This document shows positions 62,157-64,000 of a stretch of 64,000 nucleotides of DNA, piece by piece. How positions within the stretch are numbered: the stretch's first letter is position 1; each line of letters opens with the position of its first letter. Source of the DNA: Gammaproteobacteria bacterium (GTDB taxonomy: Bacteria; Pseudomonadota; Gammaproteobacteria; JABABF01); NCBI GenBank assembly GCA_965237805.1, contig OZ250153.1, forward strand, positions 928,001 to 992,000, written 5' to 3'. Made by a program: the position numbers and the translations under genes. A model generated the notes under the pieces. That model was not told the DNA's origin. It did not search any database and saw only the letters and a list, made by a program, of their open reading frames with translations.

Positions 62157-62564
62157 CGCCCGCTTGGGGCCCGGGAACAGCCTTGGCGGCGCGGCGTGCG
62201 GCAAAACACGGGGAAAGCAAGTCATGGCCCGGAACCGAGAACCCCGCCGCATCATCGCAGCTCCCATCGAAGAGCGTTACGCACGCGGTTGGCATTGCCT
62301 CGGGCTCGCCTCGGACCACACCGAAACCCCCAAGCTGCTCAAGAACTTCGGCACCGAGCTCGCGGTCTACCGGGGCGAGGACGGCCAAGTGCACATCCTC
62401 GATGCCTTCTGCCCGCATATGGGCGGCAATCTGTCGCTGGGTGAGGTCTGCGGCAACTCGCTGGTCTGCCCTTTCCACCACTGGAGCTGGGGGGCGGACG
62501 GGGTCTGCGACAACATCCCCTACGCCAAGAAGATCCCACCGGAAGCGGTGATCCGCTCGTGGCC
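61133..62564 (+). repeat. Near-identical ~330-bp direct repeat (61133-61462 and 62235-62564) encoding the KshA Rieske domains
   Basis: Offset 1102 bp; 61216-61462 is identical to 62318-62564; two mismatches seen upstream of that. Confidence 0.9.
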
Positions 62565-63252
62565 GACGATAGAAGAGAACCATCTGCTGTTCGTCTGGCA
62601 CGACCACGAGGGCGGCCCGCCCCTCCCCGAGCAGAAAATCGAACGCATCGACGAGTGCTTCTCCGACGACTGGACTGACTGGCAGTTGGGGTATCAGGTC
62701 ATCCATACCAACTGCCGCGAGCTGATCGACAACATGGGGGATGCCGCCCATTTCGGCCCGGTTCACGATGCCCCCTGCAACGACTTCAGCCTCACTGCCG
62801 ATGGCCACAAGCTCACTCAGGTGATGAAAGGTAGCAGCGAGCATTTGGGCGATTCGCTGGTCAGCATCGCCACCTACGCTGGCCCAGCCTACAGCATGAG
62901 CTACATGAGCTCCAACATGGACGGTGTCGAGCTGGTTTCGCGCCTGCTGGTCTCGCATATGCCCATTGATATCGACAGCTTCGAGCTGCGTTTCGGGGTC
63001 ATCGTCCGCAAGATCCCGGGGATGGCCGATGCCGATTGCGCGGCGATGATGCAGCAATACACCGACCTGAACAACAAGGCTTTCGGCCAAGATGTCGACA
63101 TCTGGCACAGCAAGCAGCGCGTCGACAACCCCTTGCTGTGCGATGGTGACGGCCCGATCCACATGGTGCGCAAGTGGTACAGCCAGTTCTACATGGATAT
63201 CGATCAGTTGCCAGAATCTCTACAGGGCAAAAAAGAATACGTGCAGTGCTAA
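62224..63252 (+). CDS. kshA: 3-ketosteroid 9-alpha-hydroxylase oxygenase subunit, copy 2
   Basis: Same motifs as copy 1; ATG 62224 matches the copy 1 start. Confidence 0.88.
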   Translation: MARNREPRRIIAAPIEERYARGWHCLGLASDHTETPKLLKNFGTELAVYRGEDGQVHILDAFCPHMGGNLSLGEVCGNSLVCPFHHWSWGADGVCDNIPYAKKIPPEAVIRSWPTIEENHLLFVWHDHEGGPPLPEQKIERIDECFSDDWTDWQLGYQVIHTNCRELIDNMGDAAHFGPVHDAPCNDFSLTADGHKLTQVMKGSSEHLGDSLVSIATYAGPAYSMSYMSSNMDGVELVSRLLVSHMPIDIDSFELRFGVIVRKIPGMADADCAAMMQQYTDLNNKAFGQDVDIWHSKQRVDNPLLCDGDGPIHMVRKWYSQFYMDIDQLPESLQGKKEYVQC

Positions 63253-63355
63253 GCAACCAGCCACTGCCGGTGGCCGCGCATCGCGCGGTGCTAGGCACGG
63301 CAACTGTATGTGGCACAGCAATCGATCAGGGAAGGAAGGCCCGAACGAAACACAA

Positions 63356-64000
63356 ATGAAAATTCACAGCTTGGGCTATGCCCGCATAGAATCCGCCGAC
63401 CCCTCTCGCTGGCGCGACTTCGCCACCGAGGTGCTCGGCCTGATGGAGGTGCAAGGCCCCGACTCGGCGCAGGGCACCGTCTACCTGAAGATGGATGAGC
63501 GCCCATGGCGCATCGCCATCTGTCCGGGTAGCGAGGAGCGGCTGATCTGTGCTGGCTGGGAGATCGCCAACAGAGACGACTTTGCCAATGTTGCCCCTTG
63601 GCTGAGCACGCAGGGCATCGATGCCACAAGCGGCTCGGCGGAAGAGTGCCAAGAACGCGGCGTGCGCGACTTGTTGCGCTGCCAAGACCCGGCGGGCAAC
63701 CACTTGGAGCTGTATTGGGGCGGTGCCCTCGACTTCGCCCCCTTCGTCTCGCCGCTGGGTGTATCGCGCTTTGTCACCGGCGATGAGGGTGCTCTGGGCT
63801 TCGGCCACATCGTGTTGCCCGCTGGCGATCTCGAACTCACCCACCGCTTCTACCGCGAACTCGGTTTTGGTGACAGCGACTACATGGAAGTGCCCAACCC
63901 TCAGACCGGCGGTGCCGACGGCATCCGTTTCATGCACGCCGACAACGCCAGGCACCACAGCGTGGCACTCTACGGCGTGCCCGCTTGGCCCGGCGGCTGC
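63356..64000 (+). CDS. hsaC: Extradiol (meta-cleavage) dioxygenase, HsaC/TesB/BphC family; runs off the window edge
   Basis: Absent from the ORF track; my translation MKIHSLGYARIES...W..FATEVLGLM...YLKMDER..RI...DPAGNHLEL...GFGHIVL...RHHSVAL; follows kshA. Confidence 0.85.
   Translation, partial: MKIHSLGYARIESADPSRWRDFATEVLGLMEVQGPDSAQGTVYLKMDERPWRIAICPGSEERLICAGWEIANRDDFANVAPWLSTQGIDATSGSAEECQERGVRDLLRCQDPAGNHLELYWGGALDFAPFVSPLGVSRFVTGDEGALGFGHIVLPAGDLELTHRFYRELGFGDSDYMEVPNPQTGGADGIRFMHADNARHHSVALYGVPAWPGGC

Overview
GC-rich chromosomal segment, probably from a gammaproteobacterium (Pseudomonas-type nrdA/nrdB, dinG, DUF349, DUF6231, yqgE, ampD). Its sterol-catabolism, sulfotransferase and surface-protein content suggests a marine or host-associated lifestyle (inference). 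Gene order is heavily shuffled. Housekeeping genes (thiC-O-S-G-DE, nadC, pyrC, pyrF, argD/F/G, nrdA/B, galE, grxD, cbiMQO-type transporter) alternate with a surface-glycan cluster and small steroid/lipid modules (FadD19-like ligase, BaiE/SnoaL proteins, enoyl-CoA hydratase, DUF1214 plus sulfotransferase, two kshA, a partial hsaC). I found no tRNA, rRNA, CRISPR array or transposase. Best leads: (1) an ECF sigma/anti-sigma pair whose upstream motif GCGAGGGA-N14/15-GCGT recurs before two tandem secreted five-EF-hand proteins, a candidate Ca2+/metal-responsive regulon; (2) tandem kshA paralogs with a near-identical Rieske domain but diverged catalytic domain; (3) an outer-membrane protein with two tandem beta-barrels; (4) riboswitch-less thiC and cbiM operons; (5) a structured nrdB leader in a split, convergent nrdB-pyrF-nrdA locus; (6) CCWGG depletion with excess CTTGG/CCAAG/CTAGG, including an in-frame amber stop in a duplicated N-terminus. 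All calls come from motif recognition by eye; no database searches were run.
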